From: a virus | Taxonomy: Duplodnaviria; Caudoviricetes | IMG/VR virus record: IMGVR_UViG_3300033068_001847 | Span: 64,001 to 128,000 of that record | Length of the DNA stretch: 64,000 nucleotides | Reading direction: 5' to 3' (one strand) | Part shown: piece by piece, positions 31,548 to 42,947 of the stretch | Layout of the letters: every line of letters begins with the position of its first letter | Numbering within the stretch: the first letter of the stretch is position 1 | Program-made: the position numbers and the translations under genes | The notes under the pieces: model-generated | Databases searched by the model: none | Seen by the model: the letters and a program-made list of their open reading frames with translations, nothing else | Told to the model about the DNA's origin: nothing

Positions 31548-34500
31548 TAATGGTATTTTTGTTCCATCAAATTCTACGTTGTTAATACTACCATATTTAG
31601 CAATAGCTTTATCATATAATTTTGATGTTACATATCTTGTTCCAGTAGGTGATGCTATTTCAAAATGTACTGGATCATAATAATTAGGGAAATCACCACC
31701 CCATAAGAAACCTAACGATTTAGCTAAATCAACAACACCTGTAGATATCCATATACTTTTTGATGTTTCTGAAGTAATATCTTGATTACCTCTACTTAAA
31801 TTAACATCAATAGCTAATCCGTAATTATGTGTTGAGAATCCCGGTTGTGCATTTCTGTTATCACCAGCCTGTTGAACCATTTGTTTTTCAATACCTCTGT
31901 ATGATGATGTAATTATTACTTTATAATTAGTTTCATTTTGAATAGAATGTATTAATGATATAAATTTAGATTGAACTTCAGGACGTAATTGATTTATATA
32001 ATAAATCTGATCCTTGGTTAATCCTTCTTTATTAACAATTGTACCTTCATAATATCCTAAAGCCATTGTAAACACAGACCATAATTTCTGTAAAGTATTT
32101 CCTCTTGGTCTCTGACTTTTACCTTCAGTAGCATTATTTGTTGTTCCATAAAAAGACTCACCTAATGTCCAACCTTTATATTTAGGTTTAAGACCATGTG
32201 AATTGTAGTATGGAAGTGATGCCCAAGTATTTGCTACTGTATCTAAATACTTTCTGAAATTATTTTCATTTACATTATTTAAATCTAATTTATATTTATT
32301 AAACGACTCTCTGATATAATCAATTGCTCTTTTATCTTGATTAGTTGGATTAAACGGTTCATTCTTACCGCCCTTCAACCATGAAGATTGTAAAAATTGA
32401 TATCTACCAGCAGCAGAAGGAAAATTATGTCCTAATTTATAATCTCTATTCCAAGGATTTATTAAAGTTCCACCATATAGTGTGTTATAACCATTATCTG
32501 ATTTAATTAATAATACACCCTCAGCAAAAGCAATAACATCTAAAAATGCTTTCTCTTTATTTGTTAATACTGGATTAGTATTTCTTCCGATTAAATCAAT
32601 ATCTTTTTTAGGTTTACCTGTATTTAATCCAGAATTATATACAGATCCACCATTTAAACCACTTGCACTACCAATATCTATGTTAGAAACAATTGTATAA
32701 TTAGTTACATATGGTTTTGGTACTTTTGGTACTCTAACACCCTTAAATACTGAACTAATACTGTTAGGTGTTATTTTATGATTTACTTCCAGAATTAAAT
32801 AAGTACCTTTAAACATTGCTACATTTTTTAAATCAAAGTACATGGTCGGTTGAATCATCATATTTCCCATCATACTGAAAGTAGCTGTATAACTTCTTTG
32901 TTGATATGTATTAAATAAACTATTGGATGCGGTAGTTGATGAATTCTGATCACTGTTAGCAATTTTATCTAATAAAATAATACTTTCATTGGTTTCCTTG
33001 TATTCCAACTGATCTAATTCTAATCCATAAAAGAAACTTTGATTATGTGTACCAAAATCTACATTGAATGCTTGTACTGCATCCGTTTTTAAATCTACAA
33101 TTTTATCATAATCATCACTATCATTTTTATGACTATCTCCGTTAGAAATATTAATGTCTAACTGTGAAGATGTTCCTCCAATATACATACAAATGAATTT
33201 AGGTTTAGTCTTAGTATTTACATTATGATTTGTTCCAAATACAGTTTGTATATTACTATTACTCCATAAAAGACCGCTTTCATTATAATTTATATATGAA
33301 GGTAGAGCAAAAAATTCAAAATTATTTTTAGTTAATAAATTTAATAATAATGTATAAATACTAGTATCTGCACTAGTTTGAGTTGAATATAACGGTGAAA
33401 GATCTAACATTACATCTTCACCAATATTATTAAACGATCTATCGACCATCAAAAAGTTTTCCATAGAGAGCATATTATCAATCTCATCAGGGGTATTCAA
33501 CATCCATTTATCTACAAAACTTTTAAAATTATAATATAACTCAGTTTTAAGATCTGCATTATCAATTTTTGATTTAACTTCAGACTTTTGATTATTAATT
33601 TCTTTCTTAACAATATTTTTAGATACTAGTAGTTCAGACTTTAATACATTAAAATATTCATTATATAATGTAAAATCATCTCTAAAATCAGGATTATAAT
33701 TATTATTATAATTAAACATTCTATAATCACCTACACTCATATATTTTATTTCAGTGAATTCTATTACAAAATCTGTAGCAAAGAATTCATCAATTCTATT
33801 TCCTTTTTCTTTTTCAGCATTTTTTAATTTTAACATGAAAGTACCTGTAGGATCAGAATATAAGTTATTATATTTGTTTTTAAAATTAGTATAGTAACTT
33901 ATGAATTGAGTTTTTATAAAATCAGGTATTTTTTGCCACTTAGTTACATTAGTTTTATATACTGGATATTTCTGAGTTATTACATTTAAATTTGATAATA
34001 TGAATCCCCAAGCTATTAAAACAAAATGTGGAATTTCATGGATTGCAGAAGTCCTTTTGAAATTAGGTATATCAAAAGGTGGTATTATGTGATTATCTAT
34101 TTGTAGTAGATTATCAATAAACATCTTCTCCATTAAGTTATCAAATGATGTTGCAGAACTCAATCCTGTTGTTTCTTTGAAATAGAATACTTCACCACTA
34201 ACAAATTCACTCTTATTAACAAATCCACCTTTCATTTTTTGATCAATGAAAAACGGTACATTATATTGTGATAAATAACCATTATCCTTATTTAATTTCT
34301 TTAAAGTATCATTATATTTTACAATATATTCATTATAATTACCAACTGGTGTACTAACCAACTCTGTTGATTCTTTTAATACTGGTGTACCTAAATATGC
34401 ATCAAAATCAGAACTATTTCTTATTTTAAATAAAGTATCACTATTATATTTATAATCAATTGAATCTCTGGATACTTGTTTTAAATTATCAAGTATTGGT

Positions 34501-36233
34501 ATTGAATTAAACTTAAAATCTGGACTATTAATCTGCTGTATAAAGGCATCTAATAACTTTTCCTTACCTTGAAGCACTGTTAATATATTCATTGCTTCCA
34601 GTTTAGCATGTGCGTTAACAAGTATCTTACCGTTCCTACCAGCTAATGAATCAAAATTATTTGTAATATTCAATAATATAAGACCACGATATATTATTTT
34701 ATATAATATATTATCTTTTGTGGCATCTAAATATTCATTTGGTACATCTAATATACTATCAAAAGGATTAATTGGTACGAATGTATATTCTTCATTAGTA
34801 TTTGGCTCAAAATTAATATCACTACTTGCTTTATTTAAAGCACTAACTTTCATTTTAGCGTTAATATAATTATTTACAAATACAACCTCAGCCCAAGTAG
34901 GATCTTTTGGTATTGATTTAACTTTTTTATTATTACTGTCTAATACGTAATAATCAGGAAAAGCATATTTAGGTTCTTCACCATGACTTGTATCGTTATT
35001 ACCATCACGTTCTTTCTCTGCATTAATTACAACACTTTTAAGTTCAGTAAAGAACCTTTTAGCATCATTAACAATAATACTTAATATATTTGCAAGTGTT
35101 GGACCGCCTTTAAGTTCACTATAAACTAATTTAGTTACATTTTCATCTATTTGTTTTTGACGTTGATAAATAATTACATCATTCTTATCAATAACTTGAC
35201 GAATATTTTTATCTACATTAGTTAAATCTATAGAAAAAACTTTAACATATTGATCATTTGTGAATTCAATTACTGGTAAATTTTCATATGCTGGAATATC
35301 CTTAATTATTTTAACAGCTATATTATTTTCTTTGAAGAATGTTTTTTTATCACTGATCGCAGATAGTAAATTTTCATAAACTGTTTGGTTTGGGTAATGC
35401 TCTGTAGCTAATACTTTATACTTGTAACTTACATGTATTATATTACTATTATTTTTATCCCTATTTACATAGATCAAATTATTTTGTCCTGTTGTAATAT
35501 CAGCAACATTTTTAATATCACTTATAAACCTCTCTTGGTAATTATTGCAGACTTCTAGTAGCTGACTATTTTTAAATGTTATATCATTTAAAAATTTACT
35601 ATCCTCTGCCGTTGCTGTTTTAATAATTGTTGATAATTGATTTGATTTATTTTTAAGCTCCCAAAATGTATTTGTTGCACTATCATTTAATAAAGTATTT
35701 TCATTTAAATACGGTGCAACTTCTAAATAATCCACATATAAATCTGCTAGTGGTGCAAACGTCATACCTACAAAACTAGCACTGATCTCAAAACTATTAT
35801 TATTAACAAATTTGGTTGATTGTTTTACTAAATGTAATCTATATGTAACTGATTGTCCATAATACCCCTTTAATGTTAAATCAAAAATAGGTGGTGGCAT
35901 ATCAAATATCACTTGATATTTTGAATCATGAAAATTATTAAATAAAGCTTGTCCCCTAACATCTTCGAAAATAATATCTACTTGAGGTACGTAAGAAGAT
36001 GTTATTTTAAAATCAATACTTTTAATACCGAAATTCTCTTTATTATCAGTCCAATCAGTAGTAAATTCTCCATTACTATTTGCTCCAATAAAATTAATGA
36101 TCAGAGGTTTATCGTTATTTAATTTACCTAACCTATTTCTTTTGGTTACTTTAAGTTCGGCATAAAAACTAAGATCATCTAACTTAACACTCTCACCATT
36201 ACTAAAAACACTATGTGGATCAATATTTCCCAT
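31542..36233 (-). CDS. baseplate hub-like protein with lambda-R-type lysozyme and M15 peptidase domains
   Basis: FLDVIAFAEG...YNTLYGG...SAAGRYQF...NQD...WASLP; SSYR...STHNYGLAIDV...WGGDF...DPVHFE. Confidence 0.8.
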   Translation of the reverse strand: MGNIDPHSVFSNGESVKLDDLSFYAELKVTKRNRLGKLNNDKPLIINFIGANSNGEFTTDWTDNKENFGIKSIDFKITSSYVPQVDIIFEDVRGQALFNNFHDSKYQVIFDMPPPIFDLTLKGYYGQSVTYRLHLVKQSTKFVNNNSFEISASFVGMTFAPLADLYVDYLEVAPYLNENTLLNDSATNTFWELKNKSNQLSTIIKTATAEDSKFLNDITFKNSQLLEVCNNYQERFISDIKNVADITTGQNNLIYVNRDKNNSNIIHVSYKYKVLATEHYPNQTVYENLLSAISDKKTFFKENNIAVKIIKDIPAYENLPVIEFTNDQYVKVFSIDLTNVDKNIRQVIDKNDVIIYQRQKQIDENVTKLVYSELKGGPTLANILSIIVNDAKRFFTELKSVVINAEKERDGNNDTSHGEEPKYAFPDYYVLDSNNKKVKSIPKDPTWAEVVFVNNYINAKMKVSALNKASSDINFEPNTNEEYTFVPINPFDSILDVPNEYLDATKDNILYKIIYRGLILLNITNNFDSLAGRNGKILVNAHAKLEAMNILTVLQGKEKLLDAFIQQINSPDFKFNSIPILDNLKQVSRDSIDYKYNSDTLFKIRNSSDFDAYLGTPVLKESTELVSTPVGNYNEYIVKYNDTLKKLNKDNGYLSQYNVPFFIDQKMKGGFVNKSEFVSGEVFYFKETTGLSSATSFDNLMEKMFIDNLLQIDNHIIPPFDIPNFKRTSAIHEIPHFVLIAWGFILSNLNVITQKYPVYKTNVTKWQKIPDFIKTQFISYYTNFKNKYNNLYSDPTGTFMLKLKNAEKEKGNRIDEFFATDFVIEFTEIKYMSVGDYRMFNYNNNYNPDFRDDFTLYNEYFNVLKSELLVSKNIVKKEINNQKSEVKSKIDNADLKTELYYNFKSFVDKWMLNTPDEIDNMLSMENFLMVDRSFNNIGEDVMLDLSPLYSTQTSADTSIYTLLLNLLTKNNFEFFALPSYINYNESGLLWSNSNIQTVFGTNHNVNTKTKPKFICMYIGGTSSQLDINISNGDSHKNDSDDYDKIVDLKTDAVQAFNVDFGTHNQSFFYGLELDQLEYKETNESIILLDKIANSDQNSSTTASNSLFNTYQQRSYTATFSMMGNMMIQPTMYFDLKNVAMFKGTYLILEVNHKITPNSISSVFKGVRVPKVPKPYVTNYTIVSNIDIGSASGLNGGSVYNSGLNTGKPKKDIDLIGRNTNPVLTNKEKAFLDVIAFAEGVLLIKSDNGYNTLYGGTLINPWNRDYKLGHNFPSAAGRYQFLQSSWLKGGKNEPFNPTNQDKRAIDYIRESFNKYKLDLNNVNENNFRKYLDTVANTWASLPYYNSHGLKPKYKGWTLGESFYGTTNNATEGKSQRPRGNTLQKLWSVFTMALGYYEGTIVNKEGLTKDQIYYINQLRPEVQSKFISLIHSIQNETNYKVIITSSYRGIEKQMVQQAGDNRNAQPGFSTHNYGLAIDVNLSRGNQDITSETSKSIWISTGVVDLAKSLGFLWGGDFPNYYDPVHFEIASPTGTRYVTSKLYDKAIAKYGSINNVEFDGTKIPLT

Positions 36234-36235
36234 TA

Positions 36236-36553
36236 TTAATTATTTTTTGAATAGTTTTGAGATTTATCTAAATATTCATTTATTGTTTCAGTTAATGGAT
36301 AAGGTATTCTAATGATAGTATTATTTGGTATATCATTTTCCATAATATATTGAGGGTTTGCTAAAAGAATTAACCATCCGTATGTTGGATTAGAATAAAA
36401 ATCATAACTTAATTTATCCATTCTATCCTCATTAGTTTTCCATACTACTTTCTTATCGCTACCTTTAGAATCTAACTTTATGAATGGAACAGTACTTTGT
36501 TCTCCGTTTAAACTAAACGGTTTGTATCGAGAAAAAGATAAGTTATTAATCAT
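36236..36553 (-). CDS. baseplate wedge LysM-like (gp53-like) protein
   Basis: DRMDKLSYDFY...WLILLANP...IRIP. Confidence 0.75.
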   Translation of the reverse strand: MINNLSFSRYKPFSLNGEQSTVPFIKLDSKGSDKKVVWKTNEDRMDKLSYDFYSNPTYGWLILLANPQYIMENDIPNNTIIRIPYPLTETINEYLDKSQNYSKNN

Positions 36554-36568
36554 TTATTTTAAATCTTA

Positions 36569-38986
36569 TTATATTTTATTGTAGACTTCAGTATTAGCAT
36601 AGAAATTATAATCTAATGCTGTTTGAAGTTTATTAACTGGACCACTAAGGCTACTACCACCTATTATGTTACAAGACATGTTCACTCTACATAACATCGG
36701 TTGCATACCTATACCTTCTGGATTCATATCCCATAATAGTGGTTCGTAATCAAAAGATATATTATTAATAATTATTTTAGTGTTAAAAAAATCACCTATT
36801 CTCAATACACAAACAGGTGGTCTACCAAATATTCCGTTTGAAACTGTACTACCTGAGAGTACAGTGCCTTGCTTTAAACACTGCTGTAAAAAAGTCACTC
36901 TAGTATTTAAATCCTCTGGAGTTTGGGAATGGAATACAGGGTGAAAATATTTAATATTATCACTATATGTTTTAAGTAAATTATCAGTTAACTCATCATT
37001 AGCTGTTGCTAATAATACATCTTCGTTTTGATTATATCTTTCGAAATAAAACTCATCAGAAGGATTAATAACTACTTCAGGTATTACTATTGGATCTTCA
37101 AATAAAGAACGTTGTTGATTTTTAATATCGGTTATAGTTGTATTCAATTTAGGATTTGCTTTAAGATATACATAACTTCTTCTATCCACAACATCTTCAT
37201 TTACTGTATTAACAGTAGAATTTTGATTTTTAGCTCTTTCCTCTCCGTAGAAATTAATAGTGAACTTATCATTTTTATATTGATCTAATGTAGGTTGTAC
37301 TCCATCAGAAAATACTTTATCATATGATCTCAATTTATAATTATCAATATTCGTTAAATTTGATTCAATTCTATTATATAAACTCTTACCTCTAAAAAAT
37401 GATAATAATTTATTATATTTTGCATTATCAAGTTTACTTGTGAATGTATCTATTACCACTTGATATTTCTTACCTTCTTCTGTATTTAAGAAAGCAATAA
37501 GATCATTAATACGGGCATTGAAATCATTAATAGCTTTTTGACCAGTACCAACATTATTATCTTGTGTTAACGTAGTCTTTAAAGTATAATCATTATTATC
37601 ATAATAATACTTCAATGCTTGATTAAGAGCAAAGGGGTTATTACCTGATGATAATGGTTTTGGTTTTTCAACTGGTCTTTCCTCTACCTTCTTAACATCT
37701 ATTTTACTTTTCTCCGTTGTTGATAAATTTTTAGTTAAAATATTATCTTGTTTAAAGAATTTATTATGTTCGTTGTTACTCTTATTTTTCCAACTAAATT
37801 TATTTAATTCAGAAGGGTAATCAGCAATTAGAACAAAACTAATTACACATTGACGTTCAGAACCATTATATGTATATATCGGTTCACTTCTACCAATGAA
37901 AGTTACTTTATCCCATCCTGCACTACTATTCTCACTTATTTGAAGATCATATGGTGCAAACCACATAACTCTTCCACCATTTGCTCCATGTTCTGAAGGT
38001 TTGATATCAATCTTAGCATCTTTGTAGGCTAAATTCTCAATTGAGAACATTAAATTTTTAACATCAGTTTCATTAATTGGTGCAATATTTGGGAATACAG
38101 TTTGTAATACTGAATTAGTTCCAGCATAACCATGATTATATTTCATTAAATCAGATGTTGAACCATACTTATTTTGTTTAGTAAATACTCGTAAGAATTT
38201 ACTTCCACTGTCATCAGTAGTAGTTCCACCACCTTTAGGAATTAACTTCATTTCACCATCATCACCAATATGTTTGAAAATCTTTGCAGTTGGATTGAGT
38301 TTATCCCCCGGATATTGAATAGATGGATCTGCTGGAATACCATCAGATAAACTATTTTGATTTAATAACTCATTAGTTTTAAATAATAAAGATTCTTCAA
38401 TTTGACCTTTCTTGATGCTTGCAGCATCCATATCATCTTTACCGTATTGACTATCTAATTGATCTCTATATTGATTTCTATTGATATTTTTTTGATATTC
38501 ATCTTGATATCCTTCACCTCTATTCTTTTTTAACCAATTATTACTATCTTCGTGACTGAAGTTTGAACCAATGAATGGTACGGGATTCACATCCCGTTGA
38601 TAACCTAACATAACTTGAACTAGATCAGAAAATGATTGTTTTTCTTTTCCTGATATATTCCAGTAGTTAGCTGGTTTGTTGATGTTAAAATCAATTATAT
38701 TTGATTGAGTAACACTTGGTAGTAGATTTGTACGTAGGTTTTGACCTACTCTTACAGCTAAAGCTTTAGCTAATTCTCTGTTAGCTACTTGTTGGATTGG
38801 AGTATTAGGTAATAATACTCTACTTAGTAGTGTATTTGAGAAATCAAAAGAATTGTTTGTAGCTAAACTACCAATAGTTGAAATAGTATTATTTAACCTA
38901 TTATTATCCAAACTGTATACATTCTTAGGATTGTATAGATTTAAAGATTCTAATATATTTAAATATGGTTGAGATGGTATAGGCAT
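36569..38986 (-). CDS. baseplate/tube-initiator-like protein with inserted OmpA-like domain
   Basis: FIGRSEPIYTY and PPVCVLRIGDFF tube-like segments flanking YNKLLSFFR...YGEE...DRR. Confidence 0.55.
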   Translation of the reverse strand: MPIPSQPYLNILESLNLYNPKNVYSLDNNRLNNTISTIGSLATNNSFDFSNTLLSRVLLPNTPIQQVANRELAKALAVRVGQNLRTNLLPSVTQSNIIDFNINKPANYWNISGKEKQSFSDLVQVMLGYQRDVNPVPFIGSNFSHEDSNNWLKKNRGEGYQDEYQKNINRNQYRDQLDSQYGKDDMDAASIKKGQIEESLLFKTNELLNQNSLSDGIPADPSIQYPGDKLNPTAKIFKHIGDDGEMKLIPKGGGTTTDDSGSKFLRVFTKQNKYGSTSDLMKYNHGYAGTNSVLQTVFPNIAPINETDVKNLMFSIENLAYKDAKIDIKPSEHGANGGRVMWFAPYDLQISENSSAGWDKVTFIGRSEPIYTYNGSERQCVISFVLIADYPSELNKFSWKNKSNNEHNKFFKQDNILTKNLSTTEKSKIDVKKVEERPVEKPKPLSSGNNPFALNQALKYYYDNNDYTLKTTLTQDNNVGTGQKAINDFNARINDLIAFLNTEEGKKYQVVIDTFTSKLDNAKYNKLLSFFRGKSLYNRIESNLTNIDNYKLRSYDKVFSDGVQPTLDQYKNDKFTINFYGEERAKNQNSTVNTVNEDVVDRRSYVYLKANPKLNTTITDIKNQQRSLFEDPIVIPEVVINPSDEFYFERYNQNEDVLLATANDELTDNLLKTYSDNIKYFHPVFHSQTPEDLNTRVTFLQQCLKQGTVLSGSTVSNGIFGRPPVCVLRIGDFFNTKIIINNISFDYEPLLWDMNPEGIGMQPMLCRVNMSCNIIGGSSLSGPVNKLQTALDYNFYANTEVYNKI

Positions 38987-39258
38987 TTAATAATATTTTA
39001 TACCTATAAATACAATTGAGATAATTTTTCAATTACTTTACATTAAATGAAAAAAAATAAAATTATTTTACTTTTAGACTTGACAAATAGTAATTACTAC
39101 CCTATCTTTATATTATATATATATTTAGGTAAATACTGTTAAGTTATCTCTTAAGAGATTTTAAATCTTGTATTTATTAATTTCAACTAAATATTAATTT
39201 AATTAATTCAATTTAATATCAACTTAATAACAATTTAATTCTTAGTGGAAGTCTGATC

Positions 39259-41763
39259 TTATGAAGCTGAACCTTTTCTAGCTCGTTCAATATGTAATGG
39301 TACTTGTTTACTCAACATTGAACTGACTTTTTGTCCATCTAGGTTAGCTGTAACATCAACCTGTAAGTTAATTTTTTCATCCTTGAATTTAACTTCAATT
39401 GCATCACCGAATATACTATTCAATGAATTCAATGCTGTTACCAGCGTACCAATACCTGATAATGATTCTGAAACAGCAATCAACTTATCTAATTTTTTAT
39501 CATTAATTTTCTCAATTGCGGAAGCTATATTATTAAATTGGGTTGCTGCTACTGTTAAACTATCAAAGTTAGCTCCACGTATCTTTTCACTGATATCACC
39601 AATTGAACCACTTAATTTATTTAATCCAATCCAAGCTAGTGGATTTGCAAATAATAAAGAAGTTGTACCTAGTCCAGCCATTGATAACATCAATGAATTC
39701 ATTCCCATGATCAATTTAGGATCAGTAACTTTTGATAAACTATCAAACATATCACCAAATCCCTGTGCCATGAAACCTATACCTGCTGCTGCAATACCAA
39801 CACCAGCACCAATTAATCCTATACCAGCACCAAATGCTACTAATGGACCTGCTGCAATTGGTCCAAGGGTTGCCATCACTAGAGCTAAACCACCTAACGT
39901 TACACCTAATATTGCTAATGAAACGTTTATACCAATAAGTTGATCACTATTCAATCCTTTAAAAGCTTCAGCCATTGCTGAAATACCTTTAGTTGCTAAC
40001 CAAATACCACCACCAACCATAACAACAGCAGCACCATAAGCTAATATATTCTTCCAAGCTCCACCTGCTGCTTTTCCATTTTCAGCAGCTTCAGTAGCGA
40101 ACGTAGTTGATTTACCAGTAAATCTACCAGCAGCATCTCTAGCTGGTCCAGAAGATCTACCTTTAGTAGTACCAAATAATTTTCCTGATAATAATCCCGG
40201 AGCTAATGTTTTAAGTACACCAAATATTGGAGATAATGTACCAATTAAAGCACTTGCAGCCATTAATCCAAGACCTAATTTAAATGCTCCTTTACCAAAT
40301 TCTGATTGAACAATACCATTGATTGATTTAAGTAATGGTAGAAATAAAGTTTTCATTTCGTTGATAGTATTTTTAAGTACTTCATCAAACGCCTGAGCAT
40401 CTTTAGCCCTTTCTTCCAATGATTTATTAGATTCCATCAGAGCTTTTACTTGTCCTAATGATAATTGCCTGATATCTCTAAATTCATTCGGTGATATCTG
40501 TACTTTGAAATTACCATCCTTCTGTATTTGAGCAACACCCTCAATGAATTCTTTTTCTTCTTTACCTAATTTTCCACCAAGTAAACCACCGATAGCATTT
40601 ACTTTAGCTCCTTGTTTAGCTTGTTTGATTAAATCCTCAAAGGACATACCTGTTGCATCAGCAGCAAGTCTTAATCTATTTAAATCACCAGCTTGTATTT
40701 CAAATTCACCAGTAGTTTTATTAAAATTAGCCATACCCTTGGTAAGACTTTGCATAGTCTTAGTAAATCCTTCTGCATCGTTTCTAGCTTGATATAAGAG
40801 ACTAAAAGGATCTGTCTGAGCAAACTTACCACCTATAACTTGGAGTTGAGCAGCCATGTCCACAGCACCCTCTAAAGAGTTAGCTTTATCCATAGCATTG
40901 AACACACTAGTCATATCAACTTTAAACTTCGTTGCAAACATAGACATCTTCTTTAATCCTTCAATACCACCTTTAAAAACGTATTGTTGAGATCTATCAA
41001 AATTGTCGTTTAATGCATCAATTACTTTAGTAGCTGATACTCCGAATTTAACAGAAGATTTAACAGCATCTTCATAAAAATCTTTAACTTGAGTTACTGA
41101 TTTACCGATAAGGTCAAACTTACCAACCATTTTACCTGCAATATCAGTACCCATTTTAGTACCTTTACCAATTGCTATAATATTTTTAAGATTTTCTTTG
41201 GATAATAGAACACTATTACCCATTTCATCCGTATATGATGTTTGTATTTTACCTAAATCTTCAAAAGAAACACCCATGCTCATAGCATAGCTAGAAGCTT
41301 CCATTAAATTACTGGTCATTAATTTAGCTCGATCACCAGTTAATCCTAATGTTTGATTTACATTTTTAAATGATTTATCTGCTTCAGCTAGAAAATTAAT
41401 AATATTCGGTAAGAATCCAGCAAAAGTTGCCATTGACAACTTAGTAAATTCCTTATATGACATAACTAGGATACTTGCATTTTTAATCTCCTGTCTTTGT
41501 GCCTGAAGTAATCTATTTTTTAAATCTAATTGGCGTTTGAATTCTTTATAGATTTTGTCATTTTGTGACATACCGTTTGTGACAAGTAAAGACATAGCTT
41601 TCTCAATCTCAAAGATTTCTTCCTCAGCATTCTTTAAATTACGTTTAGCATTCAGGTAACCAGTAAATTCATTGTTAATACTTCGATTAATCTCAAGTAT
41701 TTGTTTTTGTATTTCAAGTTCTTCCTGTACACTTCTTAATATATCACTACTTTTTTTAGCCAT
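39259..41763 (-). CDS. tape measure protein
   Basis: Helical Ala/Gly-rich protein with hydrophobic C-terminal segments, downstream of tube and chaperone genes. Confidence 0.75.
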   Translation of the reverse strand: MAKKSSDILRSVQEELEIQKQILEINRSINNEFTGYLNAKRNLKNAEEEIFEIEKAMSLLVTNGMSQNDKIYKEFKRQLDLKNRLLQAQRQEIKNASILVMSYKEFTKLSMATFAGFLPNIINFLAEADKSFKNVNQTLGLTGDRAKLMTSNLMEASSYAMSMGVSFEDLGKIQTSYTDEMGNSVLLSKENLKNIIAIGKGTKMGTDIAGKMVGKFDLIGKSVTQVKDFYEDAVKSSVKFGVSATKVIDALNDNFDRSQQYVFKGGIEGLKKMSMFATKFKVDMTSVFNAMDKANSLEGAVDMAAQLQVIGGKFAQTDPFSLLYQARNDAEGFTKTMQSLTKGMANFNKTTGEFEIQAGDLNRLRLAADATGMSFEDLIKQAKQGAKVNAIGGLLGGKLGKEEKEFIEGVAQIQKDGNFKVQISPNEFRDIRQLSLGQVKALMESNKSLEERAKDAQAFDEVLKNTINEMKTLFLPLLKSINGIVQSEFGKGAFKLGLGLMAASALIGTLSPIFGVLKTLAPGLLSGKLFGTTKGRSSGPARDAAGRFTGKSTTFATEAAENGKAAGGAWKNILAYGAAVVMVGGGIWLATKGISAMAEAFKGLNSDQLIGINVSLAILGVTLGGLALVMATLGPIAAGPLVAFGAGIGLIGAGVGIAAAGIGFMAQGFGDMFDSLSKVTDPKLIMGMNSLMLSMAGLGTTSLLFANPLAWIGLNKLSGSIGDISEKIRGANFDSLTVAATQFNNIASAIEKINDKKLDKLIAVSESLSGIGTLVTALNSLNSIFGDAIEVKFKDEKINLQVDVTANLDGQKVSSMLSKQVPLHIERARKGSAS

Positions 41764-41770
41764 TGATTAA

Positions 41771-42934
41771 TTAATTATCTAATCCTAATAAGTCAATTAA
41801 TTCATCCATTGATGCACAACTTTCAAAATCTGAGAAATTGCTTACCTCAACGCTTGATGTGGCTTCTATATTTAGAACCTCAAAAATTAAGTGTATTTTT
41901 TCAATATTCTGTGTATCATAAACAACATCGTATTTATAACCTCTCTCAAGTTCAGCAGGTACTTTACCTTTTAAGAATACAAATGAGTTATTCTTATCTT
42001 TTTTATTTACAAATTGATAGTTTTTTGTTAACTCCTTAAATACAAAAGTGCTTGAGTAAATATTATTTTGATTATTATAATATGATCCAGCAACGTTGTA
42101 TAACTTGTAAGTAATTTTTACTTCAGCACCTCTATGTAAAGAAGATAAATTTAAATTATTAACTGAACTAATAGATTTATCTTTTCTTCCTTTATCTGGA
42201 ATAAAATTAATGTTACCTAATCTATCTTTGATATTAGTATATGAACTTAATAATTCTGTACAACTAGATTTTAATTTCTTATATAATGAATAAATTAATC
42301 CAGCTTCACTAGTAGGATCATCAGGTAAACTCAAATCATCATTATCCATTGCAGCTTTATATTTCATAACTTCAGGATCTTCTCCATTATTCTGAAAAAT
42401 TGAAATAACTTCATCATCAATGATATATGGAACTTTATCAATAGTAACTGTATTATTATTTTTTAAGCTATTTGTTTTTTGTAATGATGTACTTTGTATT
42501 TTGTTAGGAGCTAAATTATTACTTTTTTGTTGATTAACAGAAGGTGTTTGTTGTGGTGAAACACTAGCTGATGAACTAGTAACATCTGTAAATAAATCAA
42601 GTAATTCATCAAAAGCAGCCCTATATGCAGGTTCTTTAGTTTTATTTAATTTAATACGTAATCCTTTTGCAAAATTATAAACACGTCCAGAAGGTGAACT
42701 ATTTTCATATTCACTTTCCCAACTACCATTACCAATAAGTGCAAAAACGTCCTTAACACCGGGATCGTTTCTATTTGTAAGAATATTAAAATCATCAGGT
42801 TTAATAATATATTTACCCTCAATTTTAAAATTCTTATAATAATCTACTAGTTTTTGTAAATTCGGATATTTTGATAAATCAATCGAATTGTTTAAAACAC
42901 TTTCAAATAATATAGATAATTTCAACTTATTCAT
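41771..42934 (-). CDS. hypothetical (late) protein
   Basis: ORF track; TATTTATA motif at 42939-42946. Confidence 0.7.
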   Translation of the reverse strand: MNKLKLSILFESVLNNSIDLSKYPNLQKLVDYYKNFKIEGKYIIKPDDFNILTNRNDPGVKDVFALIGNGSWESEYENSSPSGRVYNFAKGLRIKLNKTKEPAYRAAFDELLDLFTDVTSSSASVSPQQTPSVNQQKSNNLAPNKIQSTSLQKTNSLKNNNTVTIDKVPYIIDDEVISIFQNNGEDPEVMKYKAAMDNDDLSLPDDPTSEAGLIYSLYKKLKSSCTELLSSYTNIKDRLGNINFIPDKGRKDKSISSVNNLNLSSLHRGAEVKITYKLYNVAGSYYNNQNNIYSSTFVFKELTKNYQFVNKKDKNNSFVFLKGKVPAELERGYKYDVVYDTQNIEKIHLIFEVLNIEATSSVEVSNFSDFESCASMDELIDLLGLDN

Positions 42935-42947
42935 TATCTATAAATAC

